64,000 nucleotides of DNA from positions 4,448,001 to 4,512,000 of the forward strand of contig OZ244065.1 in assembly GCA_965215505.1 (NCBI GenBank). Reading direction: 5' to 3'. This document shows, piece by piece, positions 1 through 8,977 of the stretch. Source of the DNA: Capsulimonadaceae bacterium. Lineage in GTDB: Bacteria; Armatimonadota; Armatimonadia; Armatimonadales; Capsulimonadaceae. The translations under genes were made by a program, and so were the position numbers. Position 1 is the first letter of the stretch. Every line of letters begins with the position of its first letter. Below the pieces are notes generated by a model. It worked only from the letters and a program-made list of their open reading frames with translations. It did not search any database and was not told the DNA's origin.

Positions 1-170
1 CACACTGGCTTTCGCCGCGACGGCTGAAGCGGGACGGCCTGTTTGAACCCGATGCCGTTGCCCGTCTCCGGCGCGGCGAGGACCAGGGAGGCGAGTTCCG
101 GCGTCGCCGCGTGGGCGAAAAGCTTTGGGCCTTGCTGATGCTCCACGTCTGGCGCGAAACACACCCATGA
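1..170 (+). CDS. 3' end of an asparagine synthetase-like (AsnB/lasso-cyclase fold) protein, partial
   Basis: Not in the ORF track. The frame from base 3 reads HWLSPRRLKRDGLFEPDAVARLRRGEDQGGEFRRRRVGEKLWALLMLHVWRETHP*, a typical AsnB C-terminus resembling VKLWLLLTLELW in 1297..2994. The stop overlaps the next ATG (ATGA at 167-170). Confidence 0.8.
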   Translation, partial: HWLSPRRLKRDGLFEPDAVARLRRGEDQGGEFRRRRVGEKLWALLMLHVWRETHP

Positions 171-1270
171 AATGCATCCACTGTAACACGGACACCACCT
201 ACCCGGTGCGGCGCGGCAACGGGGGCCGCTGCCGCTCTTGTCAGCACCCGTTCGCCTTCGAGCCGAAGACCGACGCGCTCGGCGTCGCCGACGGTCTGTT
301 CCAAAGGGCGGTCAAGGACGTGTCCGGCGACAGGGCCGTCTTCTTCACCGAGGGCCAGTTGTGGTATGAGTTCAACCGCCGCCTGCTCCGCAAAAAGGTC
401 CCCGTCTCGTCCGGCTCGGTCCTGATCGGTGTCAGTGGTGCCGGCGGGGTCGTCGTCGCCCTCGCCGCCCACACCTTCTGGCCGCTCGCGTTCATCACCG
501 TCCCCGGCGTCATCGGCGGGGCCTTGCTGCGCGCCCGCGCCAAGCGCGCCAACATGCTCCCGCACCCCCTGATCTCGACGGGCGGGTTTCATGCCAAGTA
601 CCTGACCCGTTGGAGCGCGGTACATGGCCCGATCCCGAAGCTCCTGCCGCCCGTCGTTTCCCAGCCCGCGCCCGCCGCGCCGCCCTCGGACATCTCCGCG
701 TTCAGCTTCGACCGCGCCCTGGTCACGGACCACGCCGCCGTCGCCGCCATGCTGGTCGCCAACAACTTCCACTTCGAGAACAACTGTGCCATCCTGAGCG
801 CGGACGGCTACCCGCAGCACGTCGGGGCCACTCTGATGACCATGCTGCGGCGCAACCCGCGCCTGCGCGTCTTCGCCGTGCATGACGCTTCGGAGGCCGG
901 CTGCGGGCTGCCGCTGGAACTGCGGCGGGAAGGCTGGTTCCCGGACCCATCCGTCCAGGTCTTCGACCTGGGCCTGCGGCCGAGCCACGTCCTGAAGATG
1001 CGCCCGATCTCGTTGCCGGGCGGGTCGCGCACTCTGCCGCCCGCCCTGCGCGCCACGCTCGCGCCCGAGGAGGCGGCCTGGCTGGAAGGGGGAACCAGCG
1101 TGGGCCTGGAGGTCGTCCGCCCGGCCAAGCTCATGCGCTCGATCTATCAGGGCTTCGCCCGCGCCGACCAGGCCGGTTCCGTCGGCGGCGGTGACATGGG
1201 CGGAGACGGCATCATTATTTGGGGATACGACGGCGGCGCGGACATCCAGGCGGCGGACAGTTTCGGCTAG
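167..1270 (+). CDS. Hypothetical protein: N-terminal Zn ribbon, two TM helices, TOPRIM-like C-terminal region, Gly/Asp-rich tail
   Basis: MKCIHC...CRSC; hydrophobic stretch VLIGVSGAGGVVVALAA/FWPLAFITVPGVIGGALL; VFAVHDASEAG...DLGLRP; ends DGGADIQAADSFG. Start coupled to the upstream stop. Confidence 0.75.
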   Translation: MKCIHCNTDTTYPVRRGNGGRCRSCQHPFAFEPKTDALGVADGLFQRAVKDVSGDRAVFFTEGQLWYEFNRRLLRKKVPVSSGSVLIGVSGAGGVVVALAAHTFWPLAFITVPGVIGGALLRARAKRANMLPHPLISTGGFHAKYLTRWSAVHGPIPKLLPPVVSQPAPAAPPSDISAFSFDRALVTDHAAVAAMLVANNFHFENNCAILSADGYPQHVGATLMTMLRRNPRLRVFAVHDASEAGCGLPLELRREGWFPDPSVQVFDLGLRPSHVLKMRPISLPGGSRTLPPALRATLAPEEAAWLEGGTSVGLEVVRPAKLMRSIYQGFARADQAGSVGGGDMGGDGIIIWGYDGGADIQAADSFG

Positions 1271-1296
1271 AAAACATTTATGGTTAGAAGTCAGGC

Positions 1297-2994
1297 ATGA
1301 ACGACTTTTTCGGTGTTTACGGCGTCCCCGACCCGGCCCGCGCCCTGCGGTCCCTGGGCATCACGCCGGCTTGGAGCGATGCGGACGTGGCCTTCGGCGG
1401 TGCCCCGGTCTGGGCGGACTCGTCCGGGACGGTCATCGCCTGCGGCGAGCTGATACTCGACAACGCCGAGGAGTTGCGCCGAATGCTCGACCGACCCCAA
1501 GCCGAGCCGGGGGCGCTGCTGGCCGAACTCGCCCTGTGCCACGGTGACCAGGCCGGCAAATACGCGCGCGGCATGTTCGCCGTCGCCCTGTGGAACACGC
1601 GCGAGAAGACTTTGACCCTCCTGCGTGACGGGGTGGGGGCGCGGACGCTCTACTATGCCTCTTCGGGCCGTGCCTGCTGGTTCGGGGCGCGCCTGCGCGC
1701 CCTCCGCCGCTGCCCCGCCGTGTCCGACGCCCTCTCACTGCCCGCCCTCCGCGACTACCTCACCTGTGCCTTCGTGCCCGGCGCGCAGACACTGTGGCGG
1801 GACGTGTCCGAGCTGCGGCCCGGCACGGCGCGGGTCTGGCCCGGCGGTGCCACGCACTCCCACTGGGAGCCGGCGGAGGACGCCTCGGACTGGGCCGCCC
1901 CGATGGAGACACACGCCGCACGCCTGCGCGTTCTGCTGGAAGAGGCCGTGCGCGACTGCCTCCCCGCCACGGGTCCGACCGGCGTCTTCCTCTCGGGTGG
2001 ACTGGACAGCAGCCTGGTCGCGGCCCTTGCCGCCCGTGACGTGCCCGGACCGCTGCACACGTTCGCCATCCACTTCGGGCCGGAGTACCCGCACGAGCTG
2101 GAATACTCGGACCTGGTCGCGCGGCACTGCGGGACGCATCACCACGTCATCGCCCTGCCCGCCAAAAAGATCCGCGAGGCGCTGCCCGAGACGATGGCCG
2201 CCCTGGACGACCCCATCGGGGACCCTTTGACCACGCCGAACCTCATCCTGGGCCGGGCGGCCGCCGCCGAGACCGGCGTGGTCCTGAACGGCGAGGGCGG
2301 CGACCCCTGCTTCGGCGGCCCCAAGAACCTGCCCATGCTCCTGCACGAGCTTTACGGGGGGGGGCCTGACAGTGAACAGACGGGCCGTGCGGGGGCCTAC
2401 CTGCGCGCCTTCCAGAAGTGCTATGACGACCTGCCGCGCCTGCTCCTGCCGGATGTCCGGACGGCACTGCGCGCCTCGCCGCCCGAGGCGTTACTCACCC
2501 CGCTGCTGGACGATGAGGCTTCGGCACACTATCTGAACCGCCTGATGTACGTCAACACGCGCTTCAAGGGGGCCGACCACATTCTGACCAAGGTGAGCAA
2601 CCTGACCTCGGTGTGCGGCCTGCTGGGGCGCTCCCCACTGTTTGACCGCCGCGTCGTCGGGGCGAGCTTCGCCATCCCGCCCGAATTCAAGCTGTCCGGG
2701 GCCAGCGAAAAGGCCGTGCTGAAACGCGCCGTGGCCGACCTCCTGCCGGAAATCATTTTGACCCGCCCTAAGAGCGGAATGCTGGTGCCGGTGCAGGCCT
2801 GGTTCGCCCGCGATCTGCGCCCGATGGCCCGCTCCCTGCTCCTCAGCCGGCGCTCCCGCATCCGCCCATACCTGGACCAGACCCTGGTGCGCGAGTGGCT
2901 GCAAGGCCGCCCCCACCTGCGCCCCCGCGCGGGCGTCAAGCTGTGGCTCCTGCTGACGCTTGAGCTATGGCTGCGGGCGAATGAGGCGGAATGA
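1297..2994 (+). CDS. Asparagine synthetase-like ATP pyrophosphatase (no N-terminal catalytic Cys)
   Basis: GMFAVALW, RDGVGARTLYY, FLSGGLDSS ATP motif, NGEGGDPCFGG, RSPLFD, RPKSGM. Confidence 0.9.
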   Translation: MNDFFGVYGVPDPARALRSLGITPAWSDADVAFGGAPVWADSSGTVIACGELILDNAEELRRMLDRPQAEPGALLAELALCHGDQAGKYARGMFAVALWNTREKTLTLLRDGVGARTLYYASSGRACWFGARLRALRRCPAVSDALSLPALRDYLTCAFVPGAQTLWRDVSELRPGTARVWPGGATHSHWEPAEDASDWAAPMETHAARLRVLLEEAVRDCLPATGPTGVFLSGGLDSSLVAALAARDVPGPLHTFAIHFGPEYPHELEYSDLVARHCGTHHHVIALPAKKIREALPETMAALDDPIGDPLTTPNLILGRAAAAETGVVLNGEGGDPCFGGPKNLPMLLHELYGGGPDSEQTGRAGAYLRAFQKCYDDLPRLLLPDVRTALRASPPEALLTPLLDDEASAHYLNRLMYVNTRFKGADHILTKVSNLTSVCGLLGRSPLFDRRVVGASFAIPPEFKLSGASEKAVLKRAVADLLPEIILTRPKSGMLVPVQAWFARDLRPMARSLLLSRRSRIRPYLDQTLVREWLQGRPHLRPRAGVKLWLLLTLELWLRANEAE

Positions 2995-3007
2995 CCTTCC
3001 TACCTTC

Positions 3008-3031
3008 GTAGGGGCGGGGTTCCCCCGCCCT
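3008..3031 (+). repeat. GTAG-type REP palindrome
   Basis: GTAGGGGCGGGGTTCCCCCGCCCT, intergenic hairpin. Confidence 0.75.
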
Positions 3032-3068
3032 CTGGTCCTGATATGTCGCTGTGAAAGACAACCACCCA

Positions 3069-3794
3069 ATGACCTTCCTCCCGCTCCCCCTCCAAAACGG
3101 CCTCCTGCTGGACCTCACCGACGGTGCCCACCCCACGCAGGTCTTCGGCTGGACTGACGGCGTTCTGGACCTGCCGCCCGGCGCGACCCACTACGGCATG
3201 GTCACGGAGGGGGAGGCTGGACTGACCTTCGACGGCGGCCACTTCCGCCTGCGGCCCGGCATGTACTTCGTCCTCCCCGCCCAGGCAACACTCTCCGGGG
3301 CGGGCAGCCGGGGCCTGGTCGTCTCGCGGCTCGGCTACACTGGTCTGACCCAGTGGGGCGGGCCGGTGGAGGCGCAGGGCCGCCTGCGCTACATTGACGG
3401 CTGCTCCGACACCCTCCTCGTCTGCCCGCCCCAGAAGGGCGAGCCTTGCCTCAACCACCTGCACATCCCGCCCCGCACCAGCCAGTCCGCGCACACGCAC
3501 CCCTCGGAGCGCATCGGCGTCATCCTGCGCGGCGCGGGCGAGTGCCGCACACCGGACGGCACCTTCGCGCTGGCCCCCGGCATGGGCTGGCGCATCCCCG
3601 CCGGGTGTGAACACTCCTTCTTCACGACCGAGGCGAGCCTGGACGTCATCGCCTGGCACCCTGACTCCGACTTCGGCCCCACCCACGATGACCACCCCAT
3701 GGTCAACTTGACTCTGGTGGGCGGCGTCTCCGCCGCGCAGATTGACGCCATTCGGACCGGGGAGCTGAATGAAAGGAAACCCAATGGAAATTAA
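3069..3794 (+). CDS. Cupin-domain protein
   Basis: HTHPSERIGVILRGAG...IPAGCEHSF cupin His motifs; alternative GTG start at 3051. Confidence 0.85.
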   Translation: MTFLPLPLQNGLLLDLTDGAHPTQVFGWTDGVLDLPPGATHYGMVTEGEAGLTFDGGHFRLRPGMYFVLPAQATLSGAGSRGLVVSRLGYTGLTQWGGPVEAQGRLRYIDGCSDTLLVCPPQKGEPCLNHLHIPPRTSQSAHTHPSERIGVILRGAGECRTPDGTFALAPGMGWRIPAGCEHSFFTTEASLDVIAWHPDSDFGPTHDDHPMVNLTLVGGVSAAQIDAIRTGELNERKPNGN

Positions 3795-4302
3795 CATCAG
3801 CCCCGCGCCCCCCGACTGGCGCAAGACCGTCGCAGAGCGCACCCCGCTCTACGGCCACCGCAACTGGATCGCCGTCGTGGACTCCGCCTACCCCGCCCAG
3901 TCCCAGGGCGGCATCGAAACCATCGTTGCCGACGCCGACCAGGCCGAGGTCGTGGGGGCCGTGCTGCAAGCGCTGTCCGCCTCCCGGCATGTGCGCCCCG
4001 TCGTCTACACCGACGCCGAACTGGCCTTTGTAGACGAAGACGACGCCCCCGGCGTCACCGCCTACCGCCGGCAGCTCGCGGCGGTCCTGGGGGACAACGC
4101 CGCGACCGGCCTGATCCACGAACAGATCATCCAAAGGCTGGACGAGGCGGGGCAGACGTTCCGCATCCTCATCGTGAAGACGGACATGACGATCCCCTAC
4201 ACCTCTGTTTTCTTCCAGCTCGACTGCAAATACTGGAGCGCCGAGGCGGAGCAGCGGTTGCGCGCCCGGATGCCCGCCGAGACACCGGAGGCGGCCAAGT
4301 GA
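3784..4302 (+). CDS. RbsD/FucU family (sugar mutarotase/pyranase-like) protein
   Basis: YGHRNWIAVVDSAYP and IVKTDMTIPYTSVF motifs; AAAGGA SD before ATG 3784. Confidence 0.75.
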   Translation: MEINISPAPPDWRKTVAERTPLYGHRNWIAVVDSAYPAQSQGGIETIVADADQAEVVGAVLQALSASRHVRPVVYTDAELAFVDEDDAPGVTAYRRQLAAVLGDNAATGLIHEQIIQRLDEAGQTFRILIVKTDMTIPYTSVFFQLDCKYWSAEAEQRLRARMPAETPEAAK

Positions 4303-4850
4303 CGACGACAGCCATGTCCCTCAGAGCCGGCATTGAGATCGTGGAAGCGGCCATTGACGACAAGCCGATCCTGCGCCAACTTCTGGAGCTGTACCAGTAC
4401 GACTTCAGCGAGTTCGAGGGGACGGACGTCGGGCCGCACGGCGTTTACGGATACCGCTATTTGGACCACTACTGGACGGAGCCTGACCGCCACCCCTATC
4501 TTATCCGCGTGGACAGCCGCCTCGCGGGCTTCGCCCTCGTCAACCGCCACGCCGTCAGCGGCGAGGATCGCCGGTCACTCGCCGAGTTCTTCGTGATGCG
4601 GAAGTACCGGGGGCGAGGCGTCGGCGAATTCGCCGCCACCCGCGTCTTCGACCTCTGGCCTGGGAAATGGGGGGTCGCGCAGGTTGCCTCCCACCCAGGC
4701 TCCTCCGCCTTCTGGCGCAAGGTCATCCGCCGGTACACGCGCGGCGAGTTCGAGGAGCGCCAGGCCGAGTGGGGCGGACAGCACGGCCCCGTACAACTCT
4801 TCGACAACTCGGGCCGCGCAGCGGTGGGGGAGGAAGGCGCGGAGTCATAA
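4299..4850 (+). CDS. GNAT family N-acetyltransferase
   Basis: LAEFFVMRKYRGRGVG acetyl-CoA motif A; GTGA overlap with the upstream gene. Confidence 0.9.
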   Translation: MTTTAMSLRAGIEIVEAAIDDKPILRQLLELYQYDFSEFEGTDVGPHGVYGYRYLDHYWTEPDRHPYLIRVDSRLAGFALVNRHAVSGEDRRSLAEFFVMRKYRGRGVGEFAATRVFDLWPGKWGVAQVASHPGSSAFWRKVIRRYTRGEFEERQAEWGGQHGPVQLFDNSGRAAVGEEGAES

Positions 4851-4899
4851 TCAACTGACAGCAGTAGGCGTTTTAGATGACATGTACGGCGGCCCTGTA

Positions 4900-5763
4900 C
4901 TACCTCTGGAAGTCATACGCCCCGCCGTGCGCGATGTAGTTGATCGGGCCGTCTACAAACTCGGCGTCCGTCTTCAAGACGGGGTGCCGGAAGAACGCTT
5001 CCGCGCTCCGGGGGAACTGGACCGGCTGGGCCGGCCACCAGCTTACCCAGTGGATCATGGCGATCATGGGCCGGGCCTGGTCCGTCAGGTTCGGCATCCC
5101 GGCGTGCCAGAGCCGCAGGTCGCGGATGACAACACCGCCCGCCCGGACGGACGGCTGGAGCGGCGGGCGCACGGCCCGGCGGGCTTCCACCACATCCGAG
5201 GGCAGCTTGATGTCGCCCGCCTGGACGTAGATCGTCGTGTCCAAATGGGTGCCGGGCCAGACCTCCGTGCTGCCATTCTCGGCGCTCACATCCACGACGG
5301 GGATGTTGACAACCAGGCCATACGGGGGAGTGGCGGCTTTCAGGTCGGGCCACAACTGCCCGCTGTCGGCGTGGACCGGCTGGCGCTGGCCGCTGCCGCC
5401 GACGGCGGTGTTGCCGCTGTAAAAGCCGTTGTGCAGGCCGCCCCCAAGCAGGCCGTGCGTGACCGAGATCACGATGTCGTTCAGCAGGACGTCTCTGTAC
5501 AGGTAGGGCGCGAACGGCGGCGGCTCCTGCTGAACATTGCCCGTGTTGAAGTTGAACGGCGCGTCCGTCCGGGCCAGGTATGCGGGCAGATCGGCCAGCA
5601 TCTTCTCGCGCAGGGCGGCGATGTGGCCGAGGTCAACGACGCCGTTCAGGACGACGATGCCGTCATCCCGCAGGGCGCGCGTGGCCTCGGCCAGGTGGGC
5701 GAGCGTGAGGCGGCCCGATCGGACCTCTTCGGGCGCGATGTCGAGGGCGATGAGGTCTGTCAT
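4900..5763 (-). CDS. Phytanoyl-CoA dioxygenase family (Fe/2OG) protein
   Basis: QPVHAD (HxD), NGSTEVWPGTH, RLWHAGMPN. Confidence 0.88.
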   Translation of the reverse strand: MTDLIALDIAPEEVRSGRLTLAHLAEATRALRDDGIVVLNGVVDLGHIAALREKMLADLPAYLARTDAPFNFNTGNVQQEPPPFAPYLYRDVLLNDIVISVTHGLLGGGLHNGFYSGNTAVGGSGQRQPVHADSGQLWPDLKAATPPYGLVVNIPVVDVSAENGSTEVWPGTHLDTTIYVQAGDIKLPSDVVEARRAVRPPLQPSVRAGGVVIRDLRLWHAGMPNLTDQARPMIAMIHWVSWWPAQPVQFPRSAEAFFRHPVLKTDAEFVDGPINYIAHGGAYDFQR

Positions 5764-5826
5764 AGGTTTGATTCTCTTTACGGCCGGCGCGAGGATTAGA
5801 AAATTGTGGTCTGACACTCAAAAGTG

Positions 5827-5855
5827 TTGACTTTCTGCTGCTTGTCTGCTATACT
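5827..5855 (+). promoter_or_regulatory. Sigma70-type promoter
   Basis: TTGACT-N17-TATACT with extended TGn, about 200 nt upstream of the 6067 gene. Confidence 0.7.
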
Positions 5856-6066
5856 ATTCTTGCGGCTTTCCAAAGCACCACCTGCCGCATTGTTTTTCCT
5901 GTACTTTCTTTCTAACCGATCTGCCGGCAACCGGCGCGTCCGGCGGCCCGGCGTCTGCCTCATGTGCCGGCACGCACTGCCTTGGGCGACGCTGCGGCAC
6001 CGCCTGTCCGCCTTGTCAGCACCACGGCGACCATCATGCACGCACGACAAACAAAGGAGAATGACC

Positions 6067-7164
6067 ATGCCCGTCGCTGAACCTCCCGTAAGTCTGCCCG
6101 TCCCTGGACTCCCCCTGGAGCCGCTCATTCCTAAAATTCCATTCGAGGCACCTCTTTCCGGCCTGCGCTTGAGGCTGCCCATCGCCCAACTCGCTGCCTC
6201 CCTCGGCCTGCTCCAGAGTCTCCAGGGGGAATGGATCGGCACCGGCTTCAACCTGATCTGGCGGCCCAACTTCGCGCCCATCGGCGGGGTACCCAGCGAC
6301 CATTTCCTGGAACTCAACTTGACCCAGGAGATCACGAAACTCGACTTCATCGGGGCACCGATCCCGAACCGTGGGCTGGCGCAGCCGGACCAGACCCTGT
6401 TCGGCCTCCACTACTTGCAGCAGGTCAGTGACCTCGTCACGCGCGGGGCGCTCCACATCGAGCCGGGCATCTGGGTCAACATGACCGACCCGACGACGCA
6501 GCCCAAAGTCGCGCCCGCCGTCGCCCGACTCTCCACCATCCCGCACGGCAACGCCCTGGTCGCACAGGGCGAGGCCGCCAACTTCCCCGGCGGACCCGTC
6601 TTCACGCCCGCCAACGTCAACCCCTTCCCCATCGGCGGGGGACCGCAGATCCTCCCGCTTTTCCCTGAGCTAAACCTGGCGGTCCCCACTTCCTTCCGCA
6701 GCAGTCCCATACCCCCACCTCCTGGGCTGCCCCCGGCGATGGCCCCGGCGGTTTTTCAGAATGTGGTGCATAACCCGAACCTGATGCTGTCTAACGCCAT
6801 CGCGGGCCAGAAGATCCTCAACACGACGGTGATCACGGTCGCGACCTCGGCCAGCATCCCCTCCTTCACCGTCGCGAACAAACCGGCCCCCGTGGTCACC
6901 CCCAATGGCGAGGGAGGTGTCGAGAACATCGCCTTCCTGAACTCGGCCGCAGGCACCCCACCGGTCCCTGTTGCGCCCCATAACCTCCCCAACGCCAATG
7001 CCGCGGAACTCTTCGCCACCTTCTGGATCGAGGAGGTGCAGAACCCGCTCGGCGCGGGCACTTTCCTCCAACTCCAGTACACGCAGACTGTCTATCTGAA
7101 CTTCGCCGGTCTCACCTGGCCGCACGTCTCCGTCGCCACCCTGGTCAAGTCGAGCGTCGTCTAG
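6067..7164 (+). CDS. Putative heme-binding protein (FMP-peroxidase-like family), Pro-rich
   Basis: GEWIGTGFNLIWRP, IPNRG, LHIEPGIW, ARLSTIPHG, LQYTQTVYLNF, WPHVSVATL; AAGGAGA SD. Family name from recollection. Confidence 0.65.
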   Translation: MPVAEPPVSLPVPGLPLEPLIPKIPFEAPLSGLRLRLPIAQLAASLGLLQSLQGEWIGTGFNLIWRPNFAPIGGVPSDHFLELNLTQEITKLDFIGAPIPNRGLAQPDQTLFGLHYLQQVSDLVTRGALHIEPGIWVNMTDPTTQPKVAPAVARLSTIPHGNALVAQGEAANFPGGPVFTPANVNPFPIGGGPQILPLFPELNLAVPTSFRSSPIPPPPGLPPAMAPAVFQNVVHNPNLMLSNAIAGQKILNTTVITVATSASIPSFTVANKPAPVVTPNGEGGVENIAFLNSAAGTPPVPVAPHNLPNANAAELFATFWIEEVQNPLGAGTFLQLQYTQTVYLNFAGLTWPHVSVATLVKSSVV

Positions 7165-7221
7165 CCGACGGCCCCCTGCCCCCACCGACAGCGGGGGCGG
7201 GGCCATTCAGGAACAAAATCC

Positions 7222-8331
7222 ATGCCGCAGCTTCGATCCAACCCAAGCACGGGCCTCGCCTCGGACGTCACCGGCAGCGCCGCCGCCAACCTCGGCACGC
7301 TCAACCCGATTCCGGTGCCCCGAAAAAGCCCGCCCGCCTTCACGCTGGCGGACATCTCCCCCGCCGTCGCCACGCAGCATCTCGTGTTCCACGCGGGCGG
7401 CGACTCGGGTGGCACGAACCAGCAGACCCAGGAAAAACTCGCCGCAGCCATGGCGACGGACGCGCCGCTCGGCCAAAGCCCGGCGTTCCTGCTGCACCTC
7501 GGCGACGTCATGTACGGTGCCGGCAAGGATGCCGAGTATTTGGACCGGTTCTACCGGGCCTACGCGGGCTATCCCCACCCGATCGTCGCGATTCCGGGCA
7601 ACCACGACGGGGAGGTACGTTCGGGAACGGACCCGTCGAGCCTGCGGGCGTTCTGGGCCAACTTCTGTGCCGCCGCCGCCGCCGTGCCGGGCGACGTCGC
7701 GCAGACGGGCATCACCCGCACCACGATGACTCAGCCCGGCGTCTACTGGCAGATGACCTCGCCCCTGGCCGACATCATCGGCCTGTACACGAACTCCGGC
7801 GAGAACGGCGGCACACTTGAGGACGGGCACGGCGACCAGAGCCAGAAGGATTTCCTCGGTGCCGCCCTCGCCGGCATCGCCGCCCGGCGGGCCGCCGGGC
7901 CGCGCAAGGCCTTGGTGCTGGCGACCCACCACCCGCCCTTCAGCAGCAGCGGGCACGCCGGGAGCACGCTGCTGCTAAGTCAGATCGATGCCTCCTGTTC
8001 CACGGCGGGCGTCTACCCGGACCTGGTCCTGAGCGGACACGCGCACAACGACCAGATCTACTCGCGGCGCTTCACGTTCGGCGGTGCCGCCCTGACCGTC
8101 CCGTACTACGTCTGCGGGACGCTCGGCTTCGGACTCCAGGCGGTGGCCGAGCCGACCGGCACCACGACCCAGGGCACGTTGGGCGGCACGATCACTTATG
8201 CGCTGGGCAAAGAAGCCTACGGGTATTTGATCGTCCAGGTGACCGCGTCCCAGATCACCGTCACCGTCAGGACGATGTCGGCGGGCGGCACCGTCAGCGA
8301 CGCCGACACCCGGACCTATCCATTGGTCTGA
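7222..8331 (+). CDS. Calcineurin-like metallophosphoesterase (purple acid phosphatase-like)
   Basis: GDSGG, HLGDVMY, PGNHD, THHPP, SGHAH motifs. Confidence 0.9.
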   Translation: MPQLRSNPSTGLASDVTGSAAANLGTLNPIPVPRKSPPAFTLADISPAVATQHLVFHAGGDSGGTNQQTQEKLAAAMATDAPLGQSPAFLLHLGDVMYGAGKDAEYLDRFYRAYAGYPHPIVAIPGNHDGEVRSGTDPSSLRAFWANFCAAAAAVPGDVAQTGITRTTMTQPGVYWQMTSPLADIIGLYTNSGENGGTLEDGHGDQSQKDFLGAALAGIAARRAAGPRKALVLATHHPPFSSSGHAGSTLLLSQIDASCSTAGVYPDLVLSGHAHNDQIYSRRFTFGGAALTVPYYVCGTLGFGLQAVAEPTGTTTQGTLGGTITYALGKEAYGYLIVQVTASQITVTVRTMSAGGTVSDADTRTYPLV

Positions 8332-8360
8332 CACACTGGTCCAATACAAGTGATGACACC

Positions 8361-8969
8361 ATGAGCCACTATTTTCAAAACCATACGACGCCGCTCGACC
8401 GCGTTCCGGTGCCCGACGCCGGGCCGCTCCCCGTCAGCACCTACCTGTCGATCACCGGCGAATTCGACCACATCTCGCCGCTTTCCAGCGCCACCGGGAG
8501 GCCGGACGAGCGGCACGTCTTCCTCTGGGTCAACGTGACGACCGGGACCTATCAGGGCAAGTATGAGGCCGCCATAGATGTCCACTCCAACCGGCCCGGC
8601 AGCGGGGAGGCCGACCCCGAAGAGGTGAAGTACCACCTGGCGGTGGAGGCCGTTCAGGAGAGCGGGTGGCCCCCCATCGGGGTCAACACGCGCGCCCGGC
8701 TTTCCTTCGTCGGTCTGGGGCTGCATGAGAGCGATTTCACCCTGGCGGAAGAGGACGACCTGCATCATCTGGTGCAGGAATATGCCTCCAACTGTGACCG
8801 CATCTCCGTCTTCGGGATGTCCTATACCAACGGCAGAGGGCTGCATGACGTTCATAGGAACGGGGGTGAGAACCAGGACGGCGCGATCGCCTTTTATTAC
8901 GACGCCGCGAACGGCGGTCCGCTCGTGCGGTGGCTGTTCCTGAAGTTCCAGCAGCCCGTCCTGCCCTGA
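8361..8969 (+). CDS. YukJ/DUF2278-like protein
   Basis: YEAAIDVHS and GLHDVHRNGG..QDGAI resemble the YukJ GIHDIHMNQG..QDG motif. Confidence 0.55.
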   Translation: MSHYFQNHTTPLDRVPVPDAGPLPVSTYLSITGEFDHISPLSSATGRPDERHVFLWVNVTTGTYQGKYEAAIDVHSNRPGSGEADPEEVKYHLAVEAVQESGWPPIGVNTRARLSFVGLGLHESDFTLAEEDDLHHLVQEYASNCDRISVFGMSYTNGRGLHDVHRNGGENQDGAIAFYYDAANGGPLVRWLFLKFQQPVLP

Positions 8970-8977
8970 GCCGCCGC

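Noticed and set aside
1297-2994. Canonical lasso peptide cluster or housekeeping asnB
   Set aside because: No B1/B2 genes or Thr(-2) precursor are visible in the window, and the glutaminase Cys needed for classical AsnB is missing.
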